A DNA stretch of 64,000 nt from Nematocida ausubeli (taxonomy: Eukaryota), in contig NW_026515637.1 of NCBI RefSeq assembly GCF_000738915.1, positions 62,001 through 126,000 on the forward strand, in the 5' to 3' direction. The translations under genes were made by a program, and so were the position numbers. Positions 1-9,571 of this stretch are shown in pieces. The notes under the pieces are model-generated. The model was not told where the DNA came from and did no database searches. It was given only the letters and a program-made list of their open reading frames with translations. Position 1 is the first letter of the stretch; each line of letters starts with the position of its first letter.

Positions 1-40
1 AAGTGCTTCTTGCTAGGCCCAGGTTTCAGTGCGGGCCTGT

Positions 41-133
41 GATGAGTTTAACTTACCTTGATGAGTTTAAGTTGTCCGAAGAGCTTAAGTTGTCTAGATG
101 AGTTTAACTTACCTTGATGAGCTTAAGGTATCT
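41..133. repeat. Five degenerate 18-19 bp tandem repeats (GATGAGTTTAACTTACCTT-like)
   Basis: Units at 41, 60, 78, 97 and 116; units 1 and 4 are identical. Confidence 0.85.
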
Positions 134-1794
134 GCCTGTGCGCAAGTGCACACAGAGGAGAACTAGCAAGTGATTCCTGTGTTTCCCTTGGAATATTTTT
201 ACAGATTTATGCTCTATTTATACTTATATTTTGGAAAATAGACCTTAATTTACCCGTTCTGGATGCCCCCAATATCCCCCAAAGAGCGCATATACTTTTT
301 AATATACAAAAAGACCCGCTCTAAAGTGAATATAGACAGGTCTATGGGGGCTGCACCCCCAATATGCCCGAGTAAGGGTAAATTGCGCAGGAATTGCGCA
401 GCCTGGCTGTGTACCTCACACGCATAGAGTATAGCGCAGAGCGCACAGATGCCATACTGTAATACGCAGTATATAAGCAGTGAATATAAACAGACTGGCT
501 GGCTTGAATACCTCAGACTGCACTACTAGCCTGAGTACAGACAGAGTTGAGAGATGTGGGCGCACTCTTTTTGTTGCTCTCTTTATGGCATGTGTGAGTT
601 ATAGAGAGTAGGGCCCTTTCACAGAACAGTCTGCAGTCTCTGCCTCTCGGACACAGCTACCCTTCTAGGAGCTCTGCCCTGCACACACATATGCAGAGTG
701 TCTCTGTCCTCGCTGCAGTGTGGATGCGCACGCCCTTTCTAGGCAGGAGACCCATCTCAGAAAAAACACCTGAGAAAATATTTTTTGCAGGGGCGCCCCA
801 GCAGGGCAAAACACAGGAATTTCGGAGAAAATGCCCTCTTCCTTCGGTTTGCAGGGGCAAAAAAGTGCGGAGAGGGAAATTGCTGACGAAAAAGGAAAAA
901 AATAAAATGCGGTCTATAAATACGCGAAAACTCTGTCTTTTATTCGCAGTGCGAGAGACTTCTCAGCCACAGACGCATAACAGTCGGGTCTGGAAACACT
1001 CAGTGCTGTGGGTCAGCGCGGATGTAAAGCACCACTGGCGGGCATTTGGGCTGGCAGGGAAGTGGTGTGGGGGCCAGTAGGCCGAGGCCCCCTTATATAT
1101 TAATCTCTTCATTGGCACAAGAACCTTGGGCAGGGCTGGCATATAGGTATATAGTACTTAGAAAAGAACAAGAATGTTGTTAAGGAGAAAGAAAGTGCTG
1201 TGTAGAATGCTTGTAGTATAAAAGAGGAGGCTAGTGGATTATAGCATATGTCTTAAGAAACACTTTATATGTAGTGCATTTACAAAAAAGCCAAGTTTTC
1301 CTTAATTAGAATTAGTTGACATCTAAGCATAGTAGCAGTTCACTTTTCATTGTATACATATGCCTGCATGGCATAACAAAATATCTTTTAATTAGCTTTA
1401 AACCTACTTAGTGTACACCAAGTTGTTTGGATATAAAATAGCAATCAAATATCCACTTCTCAAGTATAATTCCATGAGATTGCTGATATATACGAAAATA
1501 ATCCCGGAAAATCTACTAATCAAAAGAACGCTATATAGTTGCATGAGAATGCTCACAAAGCATTGCATATCAATTGCTAAGAACAACCCAGATGTAAAGA
1601 AAAACAGTCATAGTATATCCAAACATCCGCAACAATACACGAATAAAAAGCACTCTAAACAACAAATCTGTCTATTATAGACTGCTATCCCATCAATCGA
1701 GTGCCATTTCCTTGTGCGCACTTCAAAGTATATAGAAAAATCGAGTTATGTAACCTATATTTATTTTAGAATGACAGTCCAATCTATAATTACA

Positions 1795-3681
1795 TTACAT
1801 ATAGTAAACCACTCTACGAGTTCCGCCTCTTCCAAAGCCGCCCTCAAATCCGCTAAAGCCTCCGCCGCCAAAGCCACCTCCAAAGCCTCCGCCAAAGCCG
1901 CCTCCATTCATTAATATTTCAAATAGATCGGCTCCGTTGTGGCTATCTCTTCCATATGAGCCATTAGATCCTTCATATTGGTCCATTACATCATCATTGT
2001 ACCCCCAAGACTCTTTTTCTTTTTCTGTCATATAGTATCCAGTGTCGTACTCCTGCTTCTTTATGTCATCTGAAAGAACATCTTTTGCCTTATTGGCCTT
2101 GATGATTGCATCCTTACACTTTTTTTCTTCTTCCGGGTTGTTTCTGTTTTTTCTTAACGAGATATTCGCCTTTTTGCTGGCCTTTCTATATGCACGCATC
2201 ACCTCCTCCTTGGGTGCTGCATTCTTTAAGCCTAAATACTTGTAAAACCCTTCTGGATCAACATGTCTGCCTCTCTTCGACTTCACTACACGTATTCTCC
2301 TCTCAGACCGCGCCTTTTCTTTTTTAAGAGCCTCCTCAGTAGCCCTTTTGTCCTCTTCTTCCTTTTTTTTCTTCTTAATTGCATCCTCCTGATTCTTCTT
2401 TTCTCGAGCAATCTTAATGTTTTCATTATAGAGCTTCTTTACTGCATTGTACTCCGCGCTGTCTGTCTTCATGTTCTCTTTTATTGCATCATGTGCCATC
2501 GAGAACTTGCCCAAATTGATCATTACACTGATGTGGTCCTTCCAGTCCTTTTCAGTTGGCGCGCCTCCTCTGGCTTTTTCTTTGAGAATTTGCTCAGAGT
2601 ATGCAATTACACGCGCAGGAGACTCCTTAAGTATAATTCCCATTCTAACAACAATCTCCAATGCCTTTATCATTGTGTATGTAAAGATTGTAGGCGTAAA
2701 ACGAGAGTCAATCAGCCTTGCAAGGGCCAGGTCCTTATCAGTAAATGTCCTCCACTCTCTATAATTGTATGCAGTGCATCTGCTATTGTGCCGATTTAAA
2801 CCATTATATTTCTGAACAATAAACTGTGCTTTTTCATAGAGCGTTGACAACTCTTCATTAGTCTTCAGTATGTTCATACCACTGTCTGTCTTCCCCATCA
2901 AAAAGTAGCAGTGCATCATGTGTGCCTCTCCGCTTTTCTCTTCCGTGTCTATTTCAGCCAGAACTTCAGCGTCAAAAAGAGCCAGCTGGTACATCTTTTT
3001 GCGTATGCGCTGGGCAATTCGGATCTTTAGCAATGCTGCAGAGAGTGGGCTTTCCATTAATGCGCTATTTACTTCCTCCTCAGGCGAGTTAATAGTTAGC
3101 TTTTTGAACTGCGTGGCCTTCTGAAGTATTGCAAGCCCTTCTGAATCCATTACACCAATTCTAATTACCTCCTTAATTGTGTCATCAAACCTTCCTAGAC
3201 CAAGCAGCGCTTTGCACAGACCCATGCCGATTTCTCTCTGAACTGACTCCTCTGGCTTTTCGCTCTGCAGATACTCTTCCTGTGCAAGAGAGTAGTACTC
3301 AAGCGCGCTCAAATACTCTTGTTTAGCAAGAAGCTCATGTCCCTTTACTAGACTCTCAATGTGAAGACTTTTCTCTTTCTCATTGTCTGCGGGCATGTCC
3401 TTTTCAGCACCGGTCGGCGAGCTCTTTTCACTGCCCTCTGGAACTTCTATTTTTTCGCCATTTTCAACAGAAACAGCTCCGCTTTTAGTCCGATCTTCCA
3501 TATTTACTATTCTACTTGCCTCTTCTTTAATGCCCTCTAGAGTCTTTCTAATATCCAAGGTATGCGCCATTCCCATGAATAGAACGGCCAAAACAACCTG
3601 AACCCCCAGTCTTTTTAGTGGAGATATTCGTGTGCATCTATTCTTATCATCCTGTCTCGCTGTTCTGCTAGATTTTTCCAT
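1795..3681 (-). CDS. ER-type TPR + J-domain protein (DNAJC3/P58IPK/Jem1-like); J domain lacks HPD
   Basis: N-terminal hydrophobic segment (LGVQVVLAVLFMGMAHT), TPR-like helices, C-terminal J fold (FYKYLGL...AYRK...AKDVLSD...EYD) and a GGFGG-repeat G/F tail. Confidence 0.75.
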   Translation of the reverse strand: MEKSSRTARQDDKNRCTRISPLKRLGVQVVLAVLFMGMAHTLDIRKTLEGIKEEASRIVNMEDRTKSGAVSVENGEKIEVPEGSEKSSPTGAEKDMPADNEKEKSLHIESLVKGHELLAKQEYLSALEYYSLAQEEYLQSEKPEESVQREIGMGLCKALLGLGRFDDTIKEVIRIGVMDSEGLAILQKATQFKKLTINSPEEEVNSALMESPLSAALLKIRIAQRIRKKMYQLALFDAEVLAEIDTEEKSGEAHMMHCYFLMGKTDSGMNILKTNEELSTLYEKAQFIVQKYNGLNRHNSRCTAYNYREWRTFTDKDLALARLIDSRFTPTIFTYTMIKALEIVVRMGIILKESPARVIAYSEQILKEKARGGAPTEKDWKDHISVMINLGKFSMAHDAIKENMKTDSAEYNAVKKLYNENIKIAREKKNQEDAIKKKKKEEEDKRATEEALKKEKARSERRIRVVKSKRGRHVDPEGFYKYLGLKNAAPKEEVMRAYRKASKKANISLRKNRNNPEEEKKCKDAIIKANKAKDVLSDDIKKQEYDTGYYMTEKEKESWGYNDDVMDQYEGSNGSYGRDSHNGADLFEILMNGGGFGGGFGGGFGGGGFSGFEGGFGRGGTRRVVYYM

Positions 3682-3764
3682 ACAAAAATTATTTGTGAAT
3701 CCTTTATTTTCAGACGAGTTAATTTGCTAATATATTTGCATAGGAGAATAAAAATTAAATTTAA

Positions 3765-4163
3765 ATGCCCATTATAGAACTGCCAAGACTGCCAAGATTA
3801 TCAGTGCCGCGATTCAGAGAACCTAGAGAAATCGCACGAAACAAAAGAGTGAAGGTAAACAGCACGAAAGAAAGCGGAGACGAAAATGTGATGCTTAAAA
3901 GCATGCCTTTTAAGCCTGAGAAGAAACACCTCTGCAAATATTTTGTAAAGAATGCATGCATACGAGGCAGCAACTGCACATTCTCGCACGACCTGTCTAA
4001 GTTCCCATGCAAGCTGTTCCACATAAAGAAGAACTGCAGAAGAAAAAACTGCCAGTTCTCGCATGCCCCTATTTCCGAAGAAGAAGTAAGACTATTGGTT
4101 TCTGATGGATGGGAGCTCGAAAAAGAAGAAAAAGAAGAAGTATTTGTTTCTCCTTTCTTATAA
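3765..4163 (+). CDS. Tandem CCCH zinc-finger RNA-binding protein (ZC3H4/6/8-like fingers)
   Basis: CKYFVKNACIRGSNCTFSH and FPCKLFHIKKNCRRKNCQFSHAPI. Confidence 0.85.
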   Translation: MPIIELPRLPRLSVPRFREPREIARNKRVKVNSTKESGDENVMLKSMPFKPEKKHLCKYFVKNACIRGSNCTFSHDLSKFPCKLFHIKKNCRRKNCQFSHAPISEEEVRLLVSDGWELEKEEKEEVFVSPFL

Positions 4164-4353
4164 TCAATTACATTCTAATGACTTTTTGTGGATCCATGAA
4201 GGATGGGCCTCATGGACCACTGGAGAACACGAGAGAAATAAATTTAGTAGTATAAAGTAGACTCAGAGCAAGAAGACAGTGGATGAGAAATTTCTAGCAA
4301 TGAGGTGGAATTAATTAACAGATATTAATTAGTTAATTATTTAAAAAAGGTGC

Positions 4354-5616
4354 ATGGAGGAAGACACAGAGAGGAGAGATCTACTGATTTGCGGAGTTAA
4401 TGGGTTTACAGCACAGAAGTTGTTAGAGTACATTCTATGCCATAGGCCCGAGCTGTCTGTGGGAGTGACCTGCAGAAGCGAGGAAAAGCTCACCCGGACA
4501 TTTCGAGACATCGCAGTGAAAAAGGATAGCTCGAAGGCGCTGGACAAGGTGGCCACCCACATAACAGGAGTAGATAACATTGGAAAGCTTGCCAGAATAT
4601 TTGAGGGCTACAAAGTTATTATAAACTGCATAGGGCCCTTTGCGATTACAGGCCTAAGCATAGTGGAGGCAGCTATTCGGGCCCGGTCGCATTATATTGA
4701 CTGCACAGGAGAGCCTGGGTTTATTGAGGAGAGCATGAAGATGTTTGGAGAAAAGGCTCAAAGCGAGGAAATAATCATTGCACATGCCTGCGGCTTTGAC
4801 TCCCTTCCGTTGGACATAGGGATTATGTACACTATGCAGCAAATACAGGAAAAAGGAGGGCGCGCAGAGTCTATTGAGTCGTATATGCATCTCATCAACA
4901 GCAGAATCAACCTAGGGACATTTAAAACAGTCATAACAAGTCTGGACAATCTTAAAAAGAGAGAGAAGAGAGGAGAAATCTCTCAAAAGGCTCCTAAGAA
5001 GAGCAGCGACAAAGACAGAAAAGATGGACGTAGAGGGCCAAAAGTGAAAAAAATGCCCTTCTTCAGTCCATTGGTAAACATGTATGCTGTGATATTCCCT
5101 GGATCCGATTCCTATGTGCTTAGAAAGACAAATGCTCTTCTTGGCGGGATATATCCAGTATGCCACTGCTACATGGCCGTGTCTTCTTTGATTGGGATGG
5201 CCTATCTCCTCTTCTTATGTCTGCTGGTTGGGATAGTGTACATTCTGCCAAGCTCACTTCGCGCAGCTGCATATGACTATATAGATGTTTTGAGCTTCGG
5301 AGCAGTGCGAACAGATGGCCCGTCAGAACAGGAAATTCTATGCTCAGGATTTAAGACCCACATATTTGCAAAAGGTGTAGACGAACACGACAACCCCACA
5401 ACGTACAAAACACTCGTATCGGGCCCAGACCCAGGATATATATCCACGCCAATCGCTCTTCTTGTATCAGCAGAGATCATTCTAAGTAACCAAGCAGGAG
5501 TTCAGAACAAAAAAGGAGTGCTTACACCAGGCGCTTTATTTGTTGACACGGATATCATCCCAAGGCTAACAAAAGAGAAGATTGTGTTTTGTATAGCCGC
5601 CGATGACAAACTCTAG
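4354..5616 (+). CDS. Saccharopine dehydrogenase-like oxidoreductase (SCCPDH family)
   Basis: Rossmann GVNGFTA, NCIGPF, YIDCTGEP, CGFDSLPLD, GPDPGY and GVLTPG motifs; internal hydrophobic segment. Confidence 0.85.
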   Translation: MEEDTERRDLLICGVNGFTAQKLLEYILCHRPELSVGVTCRSEEKLTRTFRDIAVKKDSSKALDKVATHITGVDNIGKLARIFEGYKVIINCIGPFAITGLSIVEAAIRARSHYIDCTGEPGFIEESMKMFGEKAQSEEIIIAHACGFDSLPLDIGIMYTMQQIQEKGGRAESIESYMHLINSRINLGTFKTVITSLDNLKKREKRGEISQKAPKKSSDKDRKDGRRGPKVKKMPFFSPLVNMYAVIFPGSDSYVLRKTNALLGGIYPVCHCYMAVSSLIGMAYLLFLCLLVGIVYILPSSLRAAAYDYIDVLSFGAVRTDGPSEQEILCSGFKTHIFAKGVDEHDNPTTYKTLVSGPDPGYISTPIALLVSAEIILSNQAGVQNKKGVLTPGALFVDTDIIPRLTKEKIVFCIAADDKL

Positions 5617-5648
5617 CTATACTGATCATACTTATAAAATACTTCTAT

Positions 5649-5951
5649 TTATTCTCTATTTTTATTTTTAGTATTGTGAATTTTCATTACCAGCTCTACT
5701 AACTCGCTTAGAAGCTCGTCTGAAACAGACACCCCATACTCTTCAAATACACTGTGCAGAAAATCCTCTAGATCGAGGACTATGCTGTCTGTTTTGTTAA
5801 TTCGTCCAAACTCTGAGAGCGTGTCTGATATTGATGCAGATATCACGTCAATCTCTTCCGGCGCAAGCCCCTCTTCGATCATGTCTGTGATTGGCTCCCA
5901 CCCCATAATTGCAGTAAAGAATAGCTTAGAAGAAGCATCAACGCCCAGCAT
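5649..5951 (-). CDS. TSR2: Pre-rRNA processing protein Tsr2-like
   Basis: Small acidic helical protein with an early Trp and the DLEDFL..VF.EY.V.V.D...SE pattern. Start at 5951 (MLGVD) is preferred over 5996, which would overlap the neighbouring promoter. Confidence 0.6.
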   Translation of the reverse strand: MLGVDASSKLFFTAIMGWEPITDMIEEGLAPEEIDVISASISDTLSEFGRINKTDSIVLDLEDFLHSVFEEYGVSVSDELLSELVELVMKIHNTKNKNRE

Positions 5952-6002
5952 AAGAATAATTCTTTCTGAAAAATTTGCATGCATAAATTCTCGCATGAGT
6001 CA

Positions 6003-6710
6003 ATGATCTACTTGGAGGAGATAGCAGATGCAGAGCTATGCAGGGAGATCGACGAAATGTCGGATAACGACTCTATTTGTAGCGAAATTGAAAGCGAGAT
6101 ATACTCGCTTATTCATTTTGGCAGGTCCGAGACCCACAAAATAGACCATCTAAAAAAGCTGCAGCCTGTTGAAAGCAACCGCTATTTTCAGTGCAGTGCA
6201 GTGTGCTACAGATGCAACCAATCTGGGCATCTAGCGCGGGACTGCAGCAGGCCTATGCTTGCGTGCTACATCTGTAAAAAAACAGACCATAAAAAGACAG
6301 AGTGCCCTCGCTACTTTTGTAAATTATGTAAAAAGTATGGGCACTCAGAGGCAGTCTGCCCGATTAAACAGGGCCAAATAAAGTGCAGCCTTTGCATGAG
6401 CAGATCTCACAAAGCAATTGACTGCTACATGAGCAAAGAAAAAGGCAGCACTGCGCATATATGTACATACTGTGGCGCAGGGGGCCATGCACTGTCGTCT
6501 TGTCCTAGAATGCAGCAAAATGCAACAAATAGCACAGCTTCAACGCAAAACTTGCCAATCAAGAAAACAGAAGAGAAGAAGAGCAAAAACAAGGGAAAGA
6601 AGGGCAAAAAGGAAAAAAAGGACAAATTGCCAAGTGTGCCTGTGGCTGAAGTAGCAGATGAAGGAATTAAAAAAGGTAAGAAGAAAAAGCGAAAGAATGT
6701 TACAGAATAA
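6003..6710 (+). CDS. Air1/Air2-like TRAMP zinc-knuckle protein
   Basis: RYF motif followed by five CX2CX4HX4C knuckles and a Lys-rich tail; likely start MIYLEE at 6003. Confidence 0.75.
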   Translation: MIYLEEIADAELCREIDEMSDNDSICSEIESEIYSLIHFGRSETHKIDHLKKLQPVESNRYFQCSAVCYRCNQSGHLARDCSRPMLACYICKKTDHKKTECPRYFCKLCKKYGHSEAVCPIKQGQIKCSLCMSRSHKAIDCYMSKEKGSTAHICTYCGAGGHALSSCPRMQQNATNSTASTQNLPIKKTEEKKSKNKGKKGKKEKKDKLPSVPVAEVADEGIKKGKKKKRKNVTE

Positions 6711-7645
6711 AGATCATAAGTACCTAAACAGCACAGTATTGCACACTAATTGGTGTTACACACACTGCTATATGTTTTCTGAGTTCTTCTTTAGTGATTG
6801 TTAGCAGCAGCTATTTATTTAAACACCCTTTATTCATTAAATTATGCTTCTCTTTTCTAGACACAAGAATAAAGACAAATAAGAGCCGGTGGAAATTATT
6901 TGGGCATAATTTATAGTATGCTTTGTATACCACAGTGTCCATATAGATGTATAGATCTCTTTATTAAAACTCTTGCAATGTCTACTACAAAAGAAACTAG
7001 AAAATATTATTAGAATAGCTTATTTTTCTGAGAATACTACTATGCTACACTAAAATGCATCTGCATGCGCTGGCCTTTTATTGCATTAGGTTTGCTAGAA
7101 AACCTTAGATCTAGAACTATTCCATTGTATGACGGGCAGAAAACACATGGCTTAGTTATTTAGTAACTGGATACTGCCATAGAAGGCCATGTGCCTAGTT
7201 ACTCTTATGTGTATGCGAGGGCAGAAAACACAACCAAAGCATGCTCTAAACAAGAAGTTTTAAAGAAACAATATGCAAGTATATAAAAATACAAATATAA
7301 GACACTAATGCTGTAAATAAGGATTGTTTTTATTATGATATCACAGGTGTCTTTATTAGTCTACTACGAGTGCAAGATTACTAGTTTATTTTATAATGAT
7401 TCTTTCCCTATACTAATTTTAGAAGCCTTATCTGACCAAACACTTGCTCTTTCTTCTAGATTGGCATCAATTGCATGCATAGGCCCGCCGCAATTTTCAT
7501 CTAGCTTCAAATCATTGCAGCCATAAACTATCTTATTTCCTCTTCTATAGGCTTTAGCCCACAATAAATGAATGTAGTTTATGTGCTGCCAGACATATAG
7601 CTCACTAGCAGAAAGAATGCTAGAAAAAGGCTTATATTCTGGCGA

Positions 7646-8854
7646 TCAGAAGAGATTAAATGTTGATTCGAGCTCCTCTTTAAGCTTATTGTCTCCACCG
7701 CCTGTTCTAATGTATTCCGTGTACTTAGAAACTATTTCTCTGTCTATAATAATGAAGTCTTTAAAAAGAGATGTATTTGCTTCTTGCAGTGTTGCAATCA
7801 TTCTTTTTGTGTTTTTCATCTGCACTTGATCAATCTTCTGTGACACTTTCTTCTTGTCTGACAGCTGATCAATCCTTCTGCAGATCGACTCAGATCTGAG
7901 CTCCTGCGACTCTGCAATCTCTTTCTTCAAGAAATACACATCAACTGAGTTTGTAACAGACTGAAGGTATTTAATCACCTCCTCTTTGATGTTCTCGGGC
8001 GTACTTCCATCAACCTTTGCCTTTAGCTGAATTAGAGGCTGCAGAAGAGAATTCACTAGGCTAACAACAAACTTGTCTTTATCTTCTGTTGTCAACTTTC
8101 CTGCTATATCAATAAGAAGACCCGGGCTGTATATTGCTCCGCCAAGATTAAACCGGGCCTTTTCCAAGTCAAACACGTGCTGATTTATCTTTCTGTCCAG
8201 AAGCAGCTGTCTTATTTCAGTGTAAAATTGCTGTGCTGTATTATCTAAGGTTATCTTCACTGAGTTAGTACTCCCCATTGCCTGCATTGTTTTCTCAATC
8301 ACATTGCTATACGTGCTCCAAATTTCTTTTTTTTCTGTCCTCTGCCCCATTAGAAAGAGTATTTTCTTAATATTCTCAACTAGAATCATCTGCTCTGATT
8401 TAGATATCTTATCAAGAATCTCGAGTTTTGCTTCAACTGCAACTCTCTGCATATCCCCTGCCTGTGCTGTGTTTTCATCCCCTGCAAAGAACTGATTTCT
8501 ATCCGGAAAGTTTGTAAGATGGGTATTCTTGTATTTGTTAAAAAGCCTTTTTAGAGAGAATTTAAATGAGGTGTCTGCCACGCTCTCCTTCAATATTTTC
8601 TTAAGCTGCTCCACGTTCTCCTGAATTACAAGCTTGCTCTGCTCTATAGCACTCTTTGAAGAGCGCTTTTGAATGTATGCCTGGAAAAGAATGCTGTCCC
8701 AAGAGGCAGGCGCTATAAACACAGTGTAAATAGCTAAGTCTGCAATTTTCCTTTCTACATCCCTAATACCAGTGCAGTAGGACGAAGAAAGCACTGTAAA
8801 AAGTAGCCCACCCAGAAATATTTTCTCTCTGTAGCCATGTCTTGTTAGCTTCAT
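7646..8854 (-). CDS. Hypothetical helical protein with putative signal peptide
   Basis: Long ORF (open to 8980). MKLTRHGYREKIFLGGLLFTVLSSSYCTG at 8854 looks like a signal peptide. No recognised domain. Confidence 0.65.
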   Translation of the reverse strand: MKLTRHGYREKIFLGGLLFTVLSSSYCTGIRDVERKIADLAIYTVFIAPASWDSILFQAYIQKRSSKSAIEQSKLVIQENVEQLKKILKESVADTSFKFSLKRLFNKYKNTHLTNFPDRNQFFAGDENTAQAGDMQRVAVEAKLEILDKISKSEQMILVENIKKILFLMGQRTEKKEIWSTYSNVIEKTMQAMGSTNSVKITLDNTAQQFYTEIRQLLLDRKINQHVFDLEKARFNLGGAIYSPGLLIDIAGKLTTEDKDKFVVSLVNSLLQPLIQLKAKVDGSTPENIKEEVIKYLQSVTNSVDVYFLKKEIAESQELRSESICRRIDQLSDKKKVSQKIDQVQMKNTKRMIATLQEANTSLFKDFIIIDREIVSKYTEYIRTGGGDNKLKEELESTFNLF

Positions 8855-9571
8855 TAGCGTAAACACCATATAGGTCATATATACCTTAAATCCAGCAAAT
8901 AGGAAATAAGACATTGTGTCAGTGTGTTTTATACTATTTACATTTAAACAACAATACACACATATTTCCGGAAAGAACATAGTATTTGCTGTAAATATTC
9001 TGTTTCCAAGACAAAACAGACACTAGCCAATACTAACTACATTGCCATTACTAACTATACTATGTAGCAAAATATACACTGAAACAATTTATAAAAGGCT
9101 TCTTTCACTCTACCTATTGGATCACCTGCAGTTTCTTTCATGAGTGCTCTTTTATTTTTGACTTTTTAGGCGCATGATTACTTATTTAAACACTAATCTG
9201 CTTTCTATTTTGCTTGGAAACGCACATATGCCATCGTAATAGGCTAATTAAGATATGTGCTTTCTACAGTTTAGATATTTAGCCTGATGTATTCCCAGTG
9301 CCAAGCAATGCCAATTCTTACTACATGCAATTCTAAGAGCAGACATACTGCGTCCTACTATACTCCTTGGAGAGCATATAACGCATAATATATTCCACAG
9401 TTGAATATTGAACTCGGATATATCCGCTGCATGAATATTAAAGAACAAACCAGTTATAGTATCTGTGGAATAGGGTTTATTTTCTACTATGCAAAGTGTA
9501 GATACAATATGCATTCTACTCTTCTAAATAGTATGGAATTATATGTTTCATATCCGTACTCTACATTCTTC

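Noticed and set aside
41..133. ACTTACCT in the tandem repeats resembling the U1 snRNA 5' end, a box C, or CRISPR-like repeats
   Set aside because: No U1 stem-loops or Sm site, no unique spacers and no cas genes; this is a simple tandem repeat in a eukaryote.
691..1080. 129-aa plus-strand ORF
   Set aside because: No recognisable domain; it runs through poly-A tracts and a TATA box, and is likely a chance ORF in GC-rich DNA.
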